A program made the position numbers and the translations under genes. DNA of 59,794 nt, from assembly GCA_041488455.1 (NCBI GenBank), contig JBGPPG010000006.1:1-59794 (forward strand), read 5' to 3'. A model generated the notes under the pieces. That model was not told the DNA's origin, ran no database searches, and saw only the letters and a list, made by a program, of their open reading frames with translations. This DNA comes from Gemmatimonadota bacterium. Its GTDB lineage: Bacteria > Gemmatimonadota > Gemmatimonadetes > Gemmatimonadales > GWC2-71-9. Shown piece by piece: positions 1-9,384 of this stretch (positions are counted from its first letter, which is position 1; each line of letters opens with the position of its first letter).

Positions 1-67
1 GAAAGTGGAGCGGGTGATGCTGCGCGGCAGCCTGATGTCGGCGGACTCGATTCGGGCGGCGTGGTAG
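1..67 (+). CDS. 3' end of a gene truncated by the window edge, possibly an amidohydrolase
   Basis: Frame starting at nt 2 reads KVERVMLRGSLMSADSIRAAW-TAG(65-67). The V-x-x-V-M-L-R-G ending is typical of amidohydrolase C-termini. Confidence 0.45.
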   Translation, partial: KVERVMLRGSLMSADSIRAAW

Positions 68-130
68 CCGGGGAGCGAGCCGAGCCGCCGCCCACACGTA
101 CGTGACCCTTTCCCCGACCGGAGACACACC

Positions 131-1222
131 ATGCCGGATTCACCCCAGGACCAGACCCCCCGCATCCGCCTGACCTCGCTCTCCCACGGCGCGGGTTGAG
201 CCTGTAAGCTCGGCTCTGCCGACCTGGCGCAGGTCCTGCGCTTTCTGCCCCCCGTCGAGGACCCCCGGGTCCTCGTTGACGCCGCTACCCGCGACGACGC
301 CGCTGTATTCCGCCTGGCGCGCGACCGCGCGCTCGTCGCGACGGTGGATTTCTTCACGCCCATCGTCGACGATCCGGCGGACTGGGGCGCGATCGCCGCC
401 GCCAACGCCCTGAGCGACGTCTACGCCATGGGGGGGACGCCCCTCTTCGCCCTGAACCTGGTCGGCTGGCCGCGCGAGAAGGTGCCGCTCGCCGTCCTGG
501 GAGAGGTCCTGCGAGGCGCCGGCGAGATCGCGCGGGAGGCCGGCTGCCTCGTCGTGGGCGGGCACTCGGTGGATGATCCAGAGCCGAAGTTCGGCATGGC
601 GGTGATCGGCGAGGTCCATCCGGACCGAATGCTCACCAATGCGGCCGCCTGCGCCGGCGACCTACTCGTGCTCACCAAGCCACTCGGCACCGGCATCCTG
701 ACGACGGCGTTCAAGCGGGACGCGCTGCTCGAGGCCGGCCTCGCGGACGCGGTGCGCTCGATGCGGACGCTCAACGCGGGAGCGGCCAGGGCCGCGCTCG
801 AGGTCGGCGTGAGCGCGGCGACCGACGTCACCGGGTTCGGGCTGGTCGGGCACCTCCTCAACCTGCTCGAGGCGAGCCAGGTCGGCGGCGAGCTGGCGTT
901 CGATGCGCTCCCGGTCCTGCCGCACGTGCGGAGCCTCGCGGGGCGCGGGTTTGTCCCGGGCGGCACCACCCGGAATCTCGAGGCCGCGGGCCCGCGCGTC
1001 TCCTGGGGCGACGATCTGACCGAGACGGACCGTGTGGTGGCGGCGGATGCCCAGACCTCGGGCGGGCTCCTGCTCGCGGTCCCTCCCGAGAACGAGGCGG
1101 CCCTGCTCGCCGCGCTCAGGGAGCAGGGTACGCCGGCCGCGGTCACGATCGGCCGGCTCACGAGCGACCACCCCGGTCGCCTGCGCGTCGTGCGAACGCT
1201 CGGCGACGAGCGCAAGCGCTGA
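131..1222 (+). CDS. selD: selenide, water dikinase SelD with selenocysteine at the in-frame TGA 197-199
   Basis: ATG131 is in frame with ORF 344-1222. It reads RLTSLSHGAG-UGA-ACKLG...DDAAV...TVDFFTP...NALSDVYAMGG...DVTGFGL...DAQTSGGLL, so the UGA sits at the catalytic U/C-x-C-K position. Confidence 0.95.
200..235 (+). promoter_or_regulatory. putative bacterial SECIS element of selD
   Basis: Directly 3' of the UGA are hairpins TCGGC-tct-GCCGA (210-222) and GACCTG-gcg-CAGGTC (221-235). The second has a G-containing apical loop about 28 nt from the UGA. Confidence 0.6.
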
Positions 1223-1239
1223 CCCGGACCCCGTTACCG

Positions 1240-1467
1240 ATGCGCTGGAGCGCCGACCGTCTGGACCAGCTGGAGCGCGCCGTCCGCGACGGGCTCCGCG
1301 TCGCTCTCACGACGCGCCGGGGAACCGAGTACGTCGTCGTCGCCATGCGGCTCGCGACCGGCGGTCCGCGTGAGGCGCTGATCGCGCGGCTCCCCATGAC
1401 CGGCGATGAGCTCACCTTCGCCCTGGACGACATCGCCGCGTTTCAGGTCCTGGGGCTTGGCGCGTGA
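1240..1467 (+). CDS. small hypothetical protein (75 aa)
   Basis: Fills the gap between selD and rnhA, with a GTGA overlap into rnhA and plausible composition. Confidence 0.7.
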   Translation: MRWSADRLDQLERAVRDGLRVALTTRRGTEYVVVAMRLATGGPREALIARLPMTGDELTFALDDIAAFQVLGLGA

Positions 1468-2093
1468 GCCCCGCGTCGCCCATCGCCGTGCTCCATATCG
1501 ACGAGAGCTGCCTGGGCAACGGTCGGGACGGCGCGACTCCCGGCGGGGCCGGGGGTCTCATCGAGCTCCGCACCCGGACCGGCGTGCAGCGGCGGGATTT
1601 CTTCATCGCCGCGCCGGATACGACCAACAATCGCATGGCGCTCGCAGGCGCGATTGCGGCGCTTCAGCTGCTGGCGAAGAAGGGAGCGCGGATGCAGGCG
1701 CTCATCGTATCCGATTCGGAGTACCTCGTGAAGGGCATCCGCGAGTGGGCGCCGGCCTGGATGGCACGCGGCTGGAAGCGGAAGGGTGGCGAGATCGAGA
1801 ACCTGGAGCTCTGGCAGGCGCTGGTGCGGTCCGCCAGAATGCACGACGTCCAGTGGACCTGGGTGCGCGGGCATCGCGGGCATCCCAAGAACGAATACGC
1901 CAACGATCTCGCGGTGGGCGCAGCCGAGCGGCAGGAGACGTCTCCGGGCGCGATCGAGTCCGGCTTCGGGGAGTGGTTGGACGCCAAGCGGGGGCGCGGC
2001 CTGTTCCAGGGCTACGATCCCGACGCGGCGTTCACGGCCCTCGAGCGACGGCTCCTGGCCGGAGAGACACTCCCCATCGCGGACGAGCGGTGA
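1464..2093 (+). CDS. rnhA: ribonuclease HI
   Basis: DESCLGNG, TTNNRM, SDSEY, W...GWK, N.ELW and WVRGH.GH..NE.AN.LA motifs. Confidence 0.92.
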   Translation: MSPASPIAVLHIDESCLGNGRDGATPGGAGGLIELRTRTGVQRRDFFIAAPDTTNNRMALAGAIAALQLLAKKGARMQALIVSDSEYLVKGIREWAPAWMARGWKRKGGEIENLELWQALVRSARMHDVQWTWVRGHRGHPKNEYANDLAVGAAERQETSPGAIESGFGEWLDAKRGRGLFQGYDPDAAFTALERRLLAGETLPIADER

Positions 2094-2110
2094 GGCTCGA
2101 CTGTCCGGAA

Positions 2111-2221
2111 CTACCCACCGGCGCCCGGGCGGCCCAGCCAGAGACTCACCGCGAAGACGATGGCCCCGCCCCCGATGACTTGGACGACCGTTCGACCCAG
2201 GGGGCTCCGCACGTAGCGGAA
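2111..2221 (-). pseudogene. possible C-terminal remnant of a VIT1/CCC1 (MbfA-like) membrane protein
   Basis: [36 protein letters not shown]-stop resembles the last TM helix of VIT/MbfA proteins as recalled. The upstream part of the frame looks non-coding. Confidence 0.35.
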
Positions 2222-2372
2222 TCGGCGGGTCTCCTCCAAGTGGTGGCCCGCCGGGAGGTTGGCGCGATCGGATCCCGGCAGCATTATCCAAGGTAGCCCG
2301 CGCGCGAGGCATCCCGTGAGACTCACCGGAAACCGACAGGCGCCCGGCAGCGTTTGTTGGCCGGAGGTCACA

Positions 2373-2948
2373 ATGACACGACTTGGAATGATGGCGGCGT
2401 TGCTCCTGCTGACCATGGCCGGCAGCGCGTCAGCCCAGACGCACGGAGCGAACACGGCCGCGAAAGGATGGAACCCAGTGGATTACCGGAAGCCGGACGA
2501 CGCAGAACTACAACAGCGACTGACGCCGGTCCAGTATCGCGTCACCCAGCAGGAAGGCACCGAGGCGCCGTTCCTGAACGAGTACTGGAACAACCATGCG
2601 GCGGGGATCTACGTGGACGTGGTCTCCAGCGAGCCGCTGTTCAGCTCGCTCGACAAGTACGACTCGGGGACCGGCTGGCCCAGCTTCACTAAGCCGCTCG
2701 AGCCCAAGAACATCAAGACGCACGACGACCACAAGCTCATGTACGTGCGGAGCGAGGTGCGGTCGGCCCATGCCGACTCCCATCTCGGACACGTGTTCGA
2801 CGACGGTCCCAAGCCTACGGGCCTTCGTTATTGCATGAACTCGGCGGCCCTCCGGTTCATCCCGGTGGACCGGCTCGAGGCCGAAGGGTACGGACAGTAT
2901 CTGCCGCTGTTCCAGCGGCAGGCTGAGGCCGCCCGCACCTCCCCCTGA
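2373..2948 (+). CDS. msrB: peptide-methionine (R)-S-oxide reductase with N-terminal signal peptide
   Basis: GGAGG RBS before ATG2373, signal peptide ending ASA-Q, and motifs [25 protein letters not shown] and RYCMNSAAL. Confidence 0.93.
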   Translation: MTRLGMMAALLLLTMAGSASAQTHGANTAAKGWNPVDYRKPDDAELQQRLTPVQYRVTQQEGTEAPFLNEYWNNHAAGIYVDVVSSEPLFSSLDKYDSGTGWPSFTKPLEPKNIKTHDDHKLMYVRSEVRSAHADSHLGHVFDDGPKPTGLRYCMNSAALRFIPVDRLEAEGYGQYLPLFQRQAEAARTSP

Positions 2949-2954
2949 GTCAAC

Positions 2955-2988
2955 GGCCCGGTCCGGCGACTACCGGCCGGATCGGGCC
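2955..2988. terminator. hairpin between convergent genes
   Basis: GGCCCGGTCCGGC...GCCGGATCGGGCC forms a 13-bp stem with one G-U pair and no U-tract. Confidence 0.55.
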
Positions 2989-2991
2989 TGG

Positions 2992-3840
2992 TCACCGCCA
3001 CGCGTAGCTGAGCCCGACCCGGCCGGTAACAGCATCGGCTGGAGCCGAATAGACCTCGCCCGTGATGCCGAAGCCGCGCCCCGCCTGCCACATCACCCCG
3101 CCGAAGACCACCGCCCGAGTGAGGTTCACCTCCACTCGCGTGCTGTCGGTGCTGCCGAGTCGATTGGTGAACCCCACCTCGAACCGAGGCCGGAGCAGGT
3201 TCACGCCGCCGCCAAGGTAGGGACGGACGCGCCCGCGAGCGAGCGTCCACCCGAGCGAGCCCTCCGCGCCGAACATGGTGGGATGATACTTGTCGTTGGA
3301 GCGCGTTCCCTGGAAGCATTCGCTCGTGGGATCGGCCAACTCGGCCTCGTTGCAGGTGATCGGCGCCTGCACCAGCCCGAACGTCGTGTGTAGTCGGATG
3401 CCCGCGGTCATCGGCCCATGTCCGACGGGAATCGCTCGTCCCAGGGCGATGCTCCCCACATTCGCTTTGACCCCGTTCAGCCGGATCGGCGGGATCCAGC
3501 TCGCCTCGAGCAGCAGGCCGCCGGGCAGGCCGACCGCCACGCGGGGACGCGGAACGGCGAACAGGAGATCGGTGTTCTCAGGGCCCTTTCCCGGCCGGCA
3601 GATGGTCGCCGTTCGGGTCGCGGCATCCAGCGTGGGCAGATAGCTGCCTTCGAGCGTGATTCGCAGGGCCCCGGGGCGCGCAGGAGTGGGGGCAGCGAGC
3701 GGCCCAAACGCGAGGGGTACCGCGAAGTTCGCGAAGACCTTCGCCTCGTTCGAGTTGTCGGGCGGCATACACACCGTCTGCCCCGCGAGCGGCGCCACCG
3801 ACGTCACAATGAGCCCTGAGACCACGACCAGCCAGCGCAT
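2992..3840 (-). CDS. exported protein, probable outer-membrane beta-barrel
   Basis: GGAGG RBS, signal peptide MRWLVVVSGLIVTSVAPLAG, alternating beta pattern, RPYLGGG motif and C-terminal VGLSYAWR. Confidence 0.75.
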   Translation of the reverse strand: MRWLVVVSGLIVTSVAPLAGQTVCMPPDNSNEAKVFANFAVPLAFGPLAAPTPARPGALRITLEGSYLPTLDAATRTATICRPGKGPENTDLLFAVPRPRVAVGLPGGLLLEASWIPPIRLNGVKANVGSIALGRAIPVGHGPMTAGIRLHTTFGLVQAPITCNEAELADPTSECFQGTRSNDKYHPTMFGAEGSLGWTLARGRVRPYLGGGVNLLRPRFEVGFTNRLGSTDSTRVEVNLTRAVVFGGVMWQAGRGFGITGEVYSAPADAVTGRVGLSYAWR

Positions 3841-3853
3841 CCAACCTCCTCGC

Positions 3854-3882
3854 TTGACACTGCGGGACACGATCCCTAACCT
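3854..3882 (+). promoter_or_regulatory. sigma70-type promoter
   Basis: TTGACA-N17-TAACCT upstream of GTG3910. Confidence 0.65.
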
Positions 3883-3909
3883 GCCCTCACGAACCGATCG
3901 CAGGGGCGC

Positions 3910-4587
3910 GTGAGCGATCTCCAGCATTTCTTCAGACAACTCGTCGCCAACCTCTCCGCCTCCGACCCGACGCGGCTCTACCAGGCGCTGCCGGTCGCGG
4001 ACATTCAGCACGTCATCATTCCCTACCGGGCGAGCCGTCGATCGCTGGCGCTGGAGAGCGCGGAGGACTACGAAGTCCTCCTGCTCCGCCTTTGCGCGGG
4101 TGAGGGCGGGCTGGCCCGCACGGATCCGCCCGACGTCCAGGCCAGGTTCCAGAGCGAGCTGGAGGGAAGCAACCCGGATCTCGCGCTGCTCCATGTCCAC
4201 GGTGACGCCCTGGTCTCGCTGTCGGGCCACGCGGTTGCCCAGGCCCTCGCCGTGGACCCCAACGCGGCGTATGCGCCCCCGCTGGCCCCGGCGGAGGAGA
4301 CGTTCGCCGAAGCGGCAAGGCACACCCGGCCGCCGGGCGAGGAGCCGGAGGACGAGCTGCTGTTCGACGAGGTGCGCCCGGCCGGGGACAACGAGCCTCA
4401 CCCCGCCGACGTTGCTGGCGTCATGTGCCTCTATTGCGGGGGCACTCTCCCCGGCGGTCGGCCGGTCAACTTCTGCCCTCACTGCGGCCAGGGCCAAACA
4501 ACGCTCCGGTGCCCGGCCTGCCAGGCGGAGATCGAGCTGGGCTGGCGCCACTGCGCCGGCTGCGGCTCCCCGGTCGGCGACCGCTAG
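3910..4587 (+). CDS. double zinc-ribbon domain protein
   Basis: C-terminal CLYC..CPHC..CPAC..CAGC. Confidence 0.85.
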   Translation: MSDLQHFFRQLVANLSASDPTRLYQALPVADIQHVIIPYRASRRSLALESAEDYEVLLLRLCAGEGGLARTDPPDVQARFQSELEGSNPDLALLHVHGDALVSLSGHAVAQALAVDPNAAYAPPLAPAEETFAEAARHTRPPGEEPEDELLFDEVRPAGDNEPHPADVAGVMCLYCGGTLPGGRPVNFCPHCGQGQTTLRCPACQAEIELGWRHCAGCGSPVGDR

Positions 4588-4678
4588 CGTTGCTTGAAGA
4601 CCCCCTCCAGAGGGGGCATATTCCGGATCCAATGCCGTCTGTCAGTCCCGCCCGCTGGACCCCCGCCCGGAGCAACCC

Positions 4679-5890
4679 ATGAGCCCTGCCGAGCGCGAAG
4701 ATCACGTCGTTTTCCTCTCGGCCGTCCGGACGGGCTTCGGCACCTTCGGCGGAACGCTCAAGGACTACTCCGCCACCGATCTGGGGGTCTTCGCGGCGCA
4801 GTGCGCCGTGGCCCGGGCCGGCATCGCGCCGTCGGACGTCGGACACGTCGTCTTCGGCAATGTCATTCAGACGTCCACCGACGCGGCGTATCTGGCCCGC
4901 CATGTCGGGCTTCGCGCTGGATTGCCGCTCGAGGTCCCGGCCGTCACCGTCAACCGCCTCTGCGGCTCTGGCTTCGAGGCGATCATCCAGTCCGCGCACC
5001 GGATCCTTCTCGGCGAGACCCAGGTCGCGCTGGCAGGCGGGACCGAGTCCATGAGCCAGGCCCCGTACGTGCTCCGGGGTGCGCGATGGGGAACGAGGCT
5101 GGGGCAGCCGCCGGCGCTGGAGGACAGCCTCTGGGACTCCCTGCGCGACATTCAGTGCGGTCTCACGATGGGCGAGACGGCGGAGAATCTCGGCGAGCGC
5201 TACGGCGTCACCCGGGCCGACGCCGATGCCTACGCGCTGTCGAGCCAGCGACGCACCAAGGCCGCCTGGGACGCCGGGGCGTTCCGCGACGAGGTGATCC
5301 CGGTGCCGGCGCGAAACCCGAAGACCAGGCAAACCGTCGAGTGGGCCGTGGACGAGCACATGCGGCCGGACACGACGCCTGAGGCGCTGGGAAGGCTCGC
5401 GCCGGTGTTCCGGAAGGACGGGCTCGTCACCGCGGGGAACGCCTCTGGCGTTTCCGACGGCGCTGCGGCCCTCGTCGTCGCGGGGGAGCGCTGGGCCCGC
5501 GAGCGCGGGTTCCGACCTCTCGGCCGGCTGGTCAGCTGGGCGGTGACCGGCGTGGACCCCGCGGTCATGGGAATCGGCCCGGCGCCTGCGGCACGGGCCG
5601 CGCTGGCGAACGCAGAGCTCAAATTTGGTCAGATGGACCTGGTGGAGGTGAACGAGGCGTTCGCGGCGCAGTACGTCGCCGTGGAGCGCGAGCTGGACCT
5701 CGATCGCGAGCGTACCAACGTGGACGGCGGCGCCATCGCGATCGGGCATCCGCTCGGCGCCAGTGGCGCCCGTATCACGGCCCACCTCCTTCACGCGCTG
5801 CGGCGCCGCGGCGGGCGCCTCGGCCTCGGCTCGGCGTGTATCGGCGGCGGGCAGGGAATCGCGGTGGTCGTTGAATCGCTGGCCGCCTGA
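4679..5890 (+). CDS. acetyl-CoA C-acyltransferase (thiolase)
   Basis: [27 protein letters not shown] and CIGGGQG. Confidence 0.95.
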   Translation: MSPAEREDHVVFLSAVRTGFGTFGGTLKDYSATDLGVFAAQCAVARAGIAPSDVGHVVFGNVIQTSTDAAYLARHVGLRAGLPLEVPAVTVNRLCGSGFEAIIQSAHRILLGETQVALAGGTESMSQAPYVLRGARWGTRLGQPPALEDSLWDSLRDIQCGLTMGETAENLGERYGVTRADADAYALSSQRRTKAAWDAGAFRDEVIPVPARNPKTRQTVEWAVDEHMRPDTTPEALGRLAPVFRKDGLVTAGNASGVSDGAAALVVAGERWARERGFRPLGRLVSWAVTGVDPAVMGIGPAPAARAALANAELKFGQMDLVEVNEAFAAQYVAVERELDLDRERTNVDGGAIAIGHPLGASGARITAHLLHALRRRGGRLGLGSACIGGGQGIAVVVESLAA

Positions 5891-5900
5891 GGAGGACACA

Positions 5901-6842
5901 ATGGAAATCCTGACCGCCGGACTTGCCGCCGCTGTCGTCTATCTGTTCGCCAGCCTGCGGATCATCCGCCAGTACGAGCGCGCCGTCACGTTCTTTCTCG
6001 GCCGGTTCTCGGGCACCAAGGGGCCCGGACTGATTTTCGTGCCGGCGCTGTTCGCGCACGCCAAGCGGATCTCACTCCGCATCGTCGCACTCGACATCCC
6101 GCCGCAGGACGTGATCACCCGTGACAACGTCACGCTGAAAGTGAACGCCGTGCTCTACATGCGGGTGATGGATCCGGCGAAGGCCGTGATCGAGATCGAA
6201 GACTATCTCTACGCCACGAGTCAGCTGGCGCAGACCACGCTCCGATCGGTTCTGGGTGAGGTCGAGCTGGACGAGCTGCTCGCCGACCGGGAAAAGATCA
6301 ACGGGATCCTGAAGCGCATTATCGACGAGCGCACCGAGCCGTGGGGCATCGAGGCATCCGCCGTCGAGGTCAAGGACGTCGACCTCCCGGAGTCGATGAA
6401 GCGGGCGATGGCCCGCCAGGCAGAAGCCGAGCGGGAGCGGCGCGCGAAGGTGATTGCGGCGCAGGGCGAGCTCCAGGCGTCCGCCACGCTGGCCCAGGCG
6501 GCGCACACCCTGGGCGCCGAGCCCAACGGGCTCCAGCTCCGGTATCTCCAGACGGTCGCGGAGATCGCCACGGAGAACAACTCGACCACCCTCTTCCCGA
6601 TCCCGATCGAGATGTTCCGCCCCTTCATTCGGATGGCCGAGCAAGGCGGGACGCCGGCGGCCGGTCCGTCACCCCTCCCGCTGCCGAGCGTCACCGTTCC
6701 GGACCCGGCGCTCCCGCCGCAGGTGCAGCAGGCCCTCGCTGCATCCCCCGACGCGGCCGGGATGCCGGTGCAGCAGCTCAGCGATCTCATGAGCCGGCTC
6801 CGCCTCGAATCGGCCCGCGGCTCCCAGGAAAACGATGGGTGA
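5901..6842 (+). CDS. SPFH/stomatin (slipin) family protein with Pro-rich tail
   Basis: GGAGG RBS before ATG5901, with [31 protein letters not shown] and QLRYLQT. Confidence 0.92.
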   Translation: MEILTAGLAAAVVYLFASLRIIRQYERAVTFFLGRFSGTKGPGLIFVPALFAHAKRISLRIVALDIPPQDVITRDNVTLKVNAVLYMRVMDPAKAVIEIEDYLYATSQLAQTTLRSVLGEVELDELLADREKINGILKRIIDERTEPWGIEASAVEVKDVDLPESMKRAMARQAEAERERRAKVIAAQGELQASATLAQAAHTLGAEPNGLQLRYLQTVAEIATENNSTTLFPIPIEMFRPFIRMAEQGGTPAAGPSPLPLPSVTVPDPALPPQVQQALAASPDAAGMPVQQLSDLMSRLRLESARGSQENDG

Positions 6843-7668
6843 CCCCGCCGGCCGGATCGACCGGGCGGCGCTCGACCGGATCATCCAGCGGGCGGCGGAG
6901 CTTCAAACGGCGGAGCGGGACATCGCCGAGCACCTGTCGCCGGCGCAGGTGCTCGCGCTCGGGCAGGACGTGGGGATCCCCGACCGCTACATCCGCCAAG
7001 CGATGCTGGAAGAGCAGACCCGGCTCCCCGACCAGCCGCAGACCGGGCTCTGGGACCGCCTGGCAGGCCCGGCGCTCGTCGGCACGGGCCGGGTCATCCG
7101 CGGCGATCCTGCGGTCATCGAGCGTGCGCTCCTCCGCTATATGGAGCAGCACGAGCTGCTGGCGGTCCAGCGCCAACAGCCCGGGCGCGTCAGCTGGGAG
7201 CCGCTCGGAGGAATCTCTGCTGCGATCCGGAGGTCCACCGCCGCGCTGGGCCCGGGCACTCGGCCGTTCATGCTTTCGAAGGTCGAGCTCGTGACCGCCA
7301 CCCTGACGCCGCTCGAGCCGGGGTATTGCCATGTCGCCCTTCACGCCAGCGTCCGCCAGCTGCGGAGCACATACCTCGGCGCCGGCGCGGCCACAGCGAC
7401 GGCGGGCGCCGGCGCCACGGTGGCGTTGGTCGTGCTGAGCGCGCTCCTCTCGGTGGCGGTGCTCCCGCTCCCGCTCGGGCTCGGGCTGGGGTACGCCGCG
7501 ATCCGCCGGTTCCGCCCCGTCTCCGCGCGCGCGTTGCTCGGACTCGAGCGGGCGCTGGACAACCTGGAGGGTGGGGCGGTGAAACCGGTGCCTCACCTGC
7601 CGGACCGGACTCCGGGCCTGATGGAGGTCATCGTGAGCGAGGTGCGAAGGGCGTTGCGGAGCCACTAG
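6835..7668 (+). CDS. hypothetical membrane protein
   Basis: Overlaps the slipin stop. It has an N-terminal [10 protein letters not shown] helix and a C-terminal hydrophobic hairpin. Confidence 0.75.
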   Translation: MGDPAGRIDRAALDRIIQRAAELQTAERDIAEHLSPAQVLALGQDVGIPDRYIRQAMLEEQTRLPDQPQTGLWDRLAGPALVGTGRVIRGDPAVIERALLRYMEQHELLAVQRQQPGRVSWEPLGGISAAIRRSTAALGPGTRPFMLSKVELVTATLTPLEPGYCHVALHASVRQLRSTYLGAGAATATAGAGATVALVVLSALLSVAVLPLPLGLGLGYAAIRRFRPVSARALLGLERALDNLEGGAVKPVPHLPDRTPGLMEVIVSEVRRALRSH

Positions 7669-7683
7669 GCAAAGGGCACTCGT

Positions 7684-7714
7684 TAACGGCCAATGGCTAA
7701 CGGCCAATGGCTAA
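7684..7714 (+). repeat. heptamer tandem repeat (TAACGGC CAATGGC)x2
   Basis: taacggc caatggc taacggc caatggc taa, located between a stop codon and the hbd start. Confidence 0.75.
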
Positions 7715-7723
7715 GAATCTCCT

Positions 7724-8617
7724 ATGCCAACCAAGTCACGGGACATCCGAACGGTGGCCGTTCTCGGCTGCGGCCTCATGGGCGCAGGCATCGCGCAGGT
7801 CTGCGCGACAGCGGGATACGACACCCTGGTGCGCGATGTGGAGGCGGGCCAGCTGGCGCGGGGGCGGGCGAGCCTCGAGAAGTCGCTCGCGAAGCTGGTC
7901 GAGAAGGGCAAGGTCCCAGCCGCCCAGCGCGATGCCGCACTCAGCCGCCTCTCCTACACCACCGACCTGGCGGCGCTCTCCGGTTCCGACCTCGTCATCG
8001 AGGCGGTCACCGAGGATCTGGCGGTCAAGAACCGCCTCTGGGTGGAGCTGGATTCCCTGTGCGGGCCGAGCGCGATCTTCGCCTCCAACACCTCGAGTCT
8101 GCCCATCGGAGCTATGGCCGTGGCCACTCGCCGGCCGGATCGCTTCGTGGGACTCCACTTCTTTAATCCGGTGCCCCTGATGCCGCTGGTAGAAGTGGTG
8201 CGCGCCGCCGCCACGAGCCCGGAAACCTTCGAGCGGAGCCTCGCCTTCGCCCGGAGCCTCGGCAAGGAGACGGTCGTCGCCAAGGACACGCCGGGGTTCC
8301 TCGTGAACCTCCTCCTGGTGCCGTATCTGCTCGACGCGGTCAGGGCGCTGGAGCGGGACGTGGGGAGCGTGGCCGACATCGACACCGCGATGCGCCTCGG
8401 ATGCGGCCATCCAATGGGGCCGTTCACGCTGCTCGATGTCGTCGGCATCGACACCACGCTCAGGATCGCCGATATCATGTTCGGCGAATACCAGGACGCC
8501 CGCTACGCGGCCCCCGGCTTGCTCCGCCACATGGTCGGCGAAGGACGCTACGGGCGGAAGAGCGGGAAGGGATTCTACGACTATTCGGTTGACCCCCCGG
8601 TGCCGGTGAGACTGTGA
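7724..8617 (+). CDS. 3-hydroxybutyryl-CoA / 3-hydroxyacyl-CoA dehydrogenase
   Basis: GCGLMGAGIA, IEAV.E, SNTSS, GLHFFNP, PMGP and GRKSGKGFY. Confidence 0.93.
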   Translation: MPTKSRDIRTVAVLGCGLMGAGIAQVCATAGYDTLVRDVEAGQLARGRASLEKSLAKLVEKGKVPAAQRDAALSRLSYTTDLAALSGSDLVIEAVTEDLAVKNRLWVELDSLCGPSAIFASNTSSLPIGAMAVATRRPDRFVGLHFFNPVPLMPLVEVVRAAATSPETFERSLAFARSLGKETVVAKDTPGFLVNLLLVPYLLDAVRALERDVGSVADIDTAMRLGCGHPMGPFTLLDVVGIDTTLRIADIMFGEYQDARYAAPGLLRHMVGEGRYGRKSGKGFYDYSVDPPVPVRL

Positions 8618-8703
8618 ACCGTGAACGGTAAACAGTGAGCAGGACGCTCCGGGATTGGTCGAGGCGCCCGTTCACGGTTCACTGTTTACTGTTTACTGTT
8701 CAC
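8614..8703. repeat. inverted pair of heptamer arrays forming a long hairpin
   Basis: Left arm gtgaacc gtgaacg gtaaaca gtgagca and right arm cgttcac ggttcac tgtttac tgtttac tgttcac are reverse-complement units. Confidence 0.85.
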
Positions 8704-8727
8704 CCTTCTCCACCCCCCGGAGCCTCG

Positions 8728-9381
8728 ATGCTCGGCTACGACTGGCCCCGCGTCCACGCGCTGATCGTCTCCTTCCCCGTGGCACTGCTCACTACAGCCG
8801 TGCTCTTCGAGCTGGCCTCGCTGGTCCTCAAGAAGGATGGGCTTCGGCGGACCGGCTTCGCCCTGCTGCTCGCGGGCGTGCTCACCGCTGGAGCCGCTGT
8901 GCTGATCGGCCTCCAGGCCGAAGACGCTATCGACCACGGAAATGCGATCCACCGCCTCATGAAAGAACACCAGACACTGGCGTTCTACACGCTCGGGATC
9001 TTCGCGGCGGTAGGGCTATGGCGGCTGGTGCGGGAGCGGAAGATGGGGACCGGTGAGCGCGTCGCGGCCTTCGCGCTGTCGCTCGTCGGGCTCGGGTTCC
9101 TCGTGAACACCGGGCACCACGGGGGGAAGATGGTTTTCGAGCACGCGGCCGGCGTGCCCAACGCGACGCTCCGGACCGAGCTCCAGGATCGTGCCGAGGG
9201 CCACGAGCACGGAGCGGGCGAGCACGGGGACCACCACGACGACGCTGACGATCACGCCGCCGACGGCCACGATCACGATACAGCCGCCCCCGCCGAGTCA
9301 ACCGGCGCCACCACTCCCGCAGCCGATCCGCCCGGTCATTCGCACACGCACCCGCCCGGCACCCCGCCGCACGAGGACTGA
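8728..9381 (+). CDS. DUF2231-like membrane protein with His/Asp-rich C-tail
   Basis: H.LIV.FP.ALL motif, four TM segments, TGHHGGKMVF and a His-rich tail. Confidence 0.8.
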   Translation: MLGYDWPRVHALIVSFPVALLTTAVLFELASLVLKKDGLRRTGFALLLAGVLTAGAAVLIGLQAEDAIDHGNAIHRLMKEHQTLAFYTLGIFAAVGLWRLVRERKMGTGERVAAFALSLVGLGFLVNTGHHGGKMVFEHAAGVPNATLRTELQDRAEGHEHGAGEHGDHHDDADDHAADGHDHDTAAPAESTGATTPAADPPGHSHTHPPGTPPHED

Positions 9382-9384
9382 TCG

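Noticed and set aside
344-1222. selD as an N-terminally truncated pseudogene
   Set aside because: The UGA falls exactly on the catalytic Cys/Sec column and is followed by a hairpin, so recoding is more likely.
2992-4632. 546-aa ORF as listed in the track
   Set aside because: Only 3840-2992 is credible (RBS plus signal peptide). The upstream part is antisense to the zinc-ribbon gene.
8614-8703. CRISPR array
   Set aside because: The units are 7 nt with no unique spacers, and there are no cas genes.
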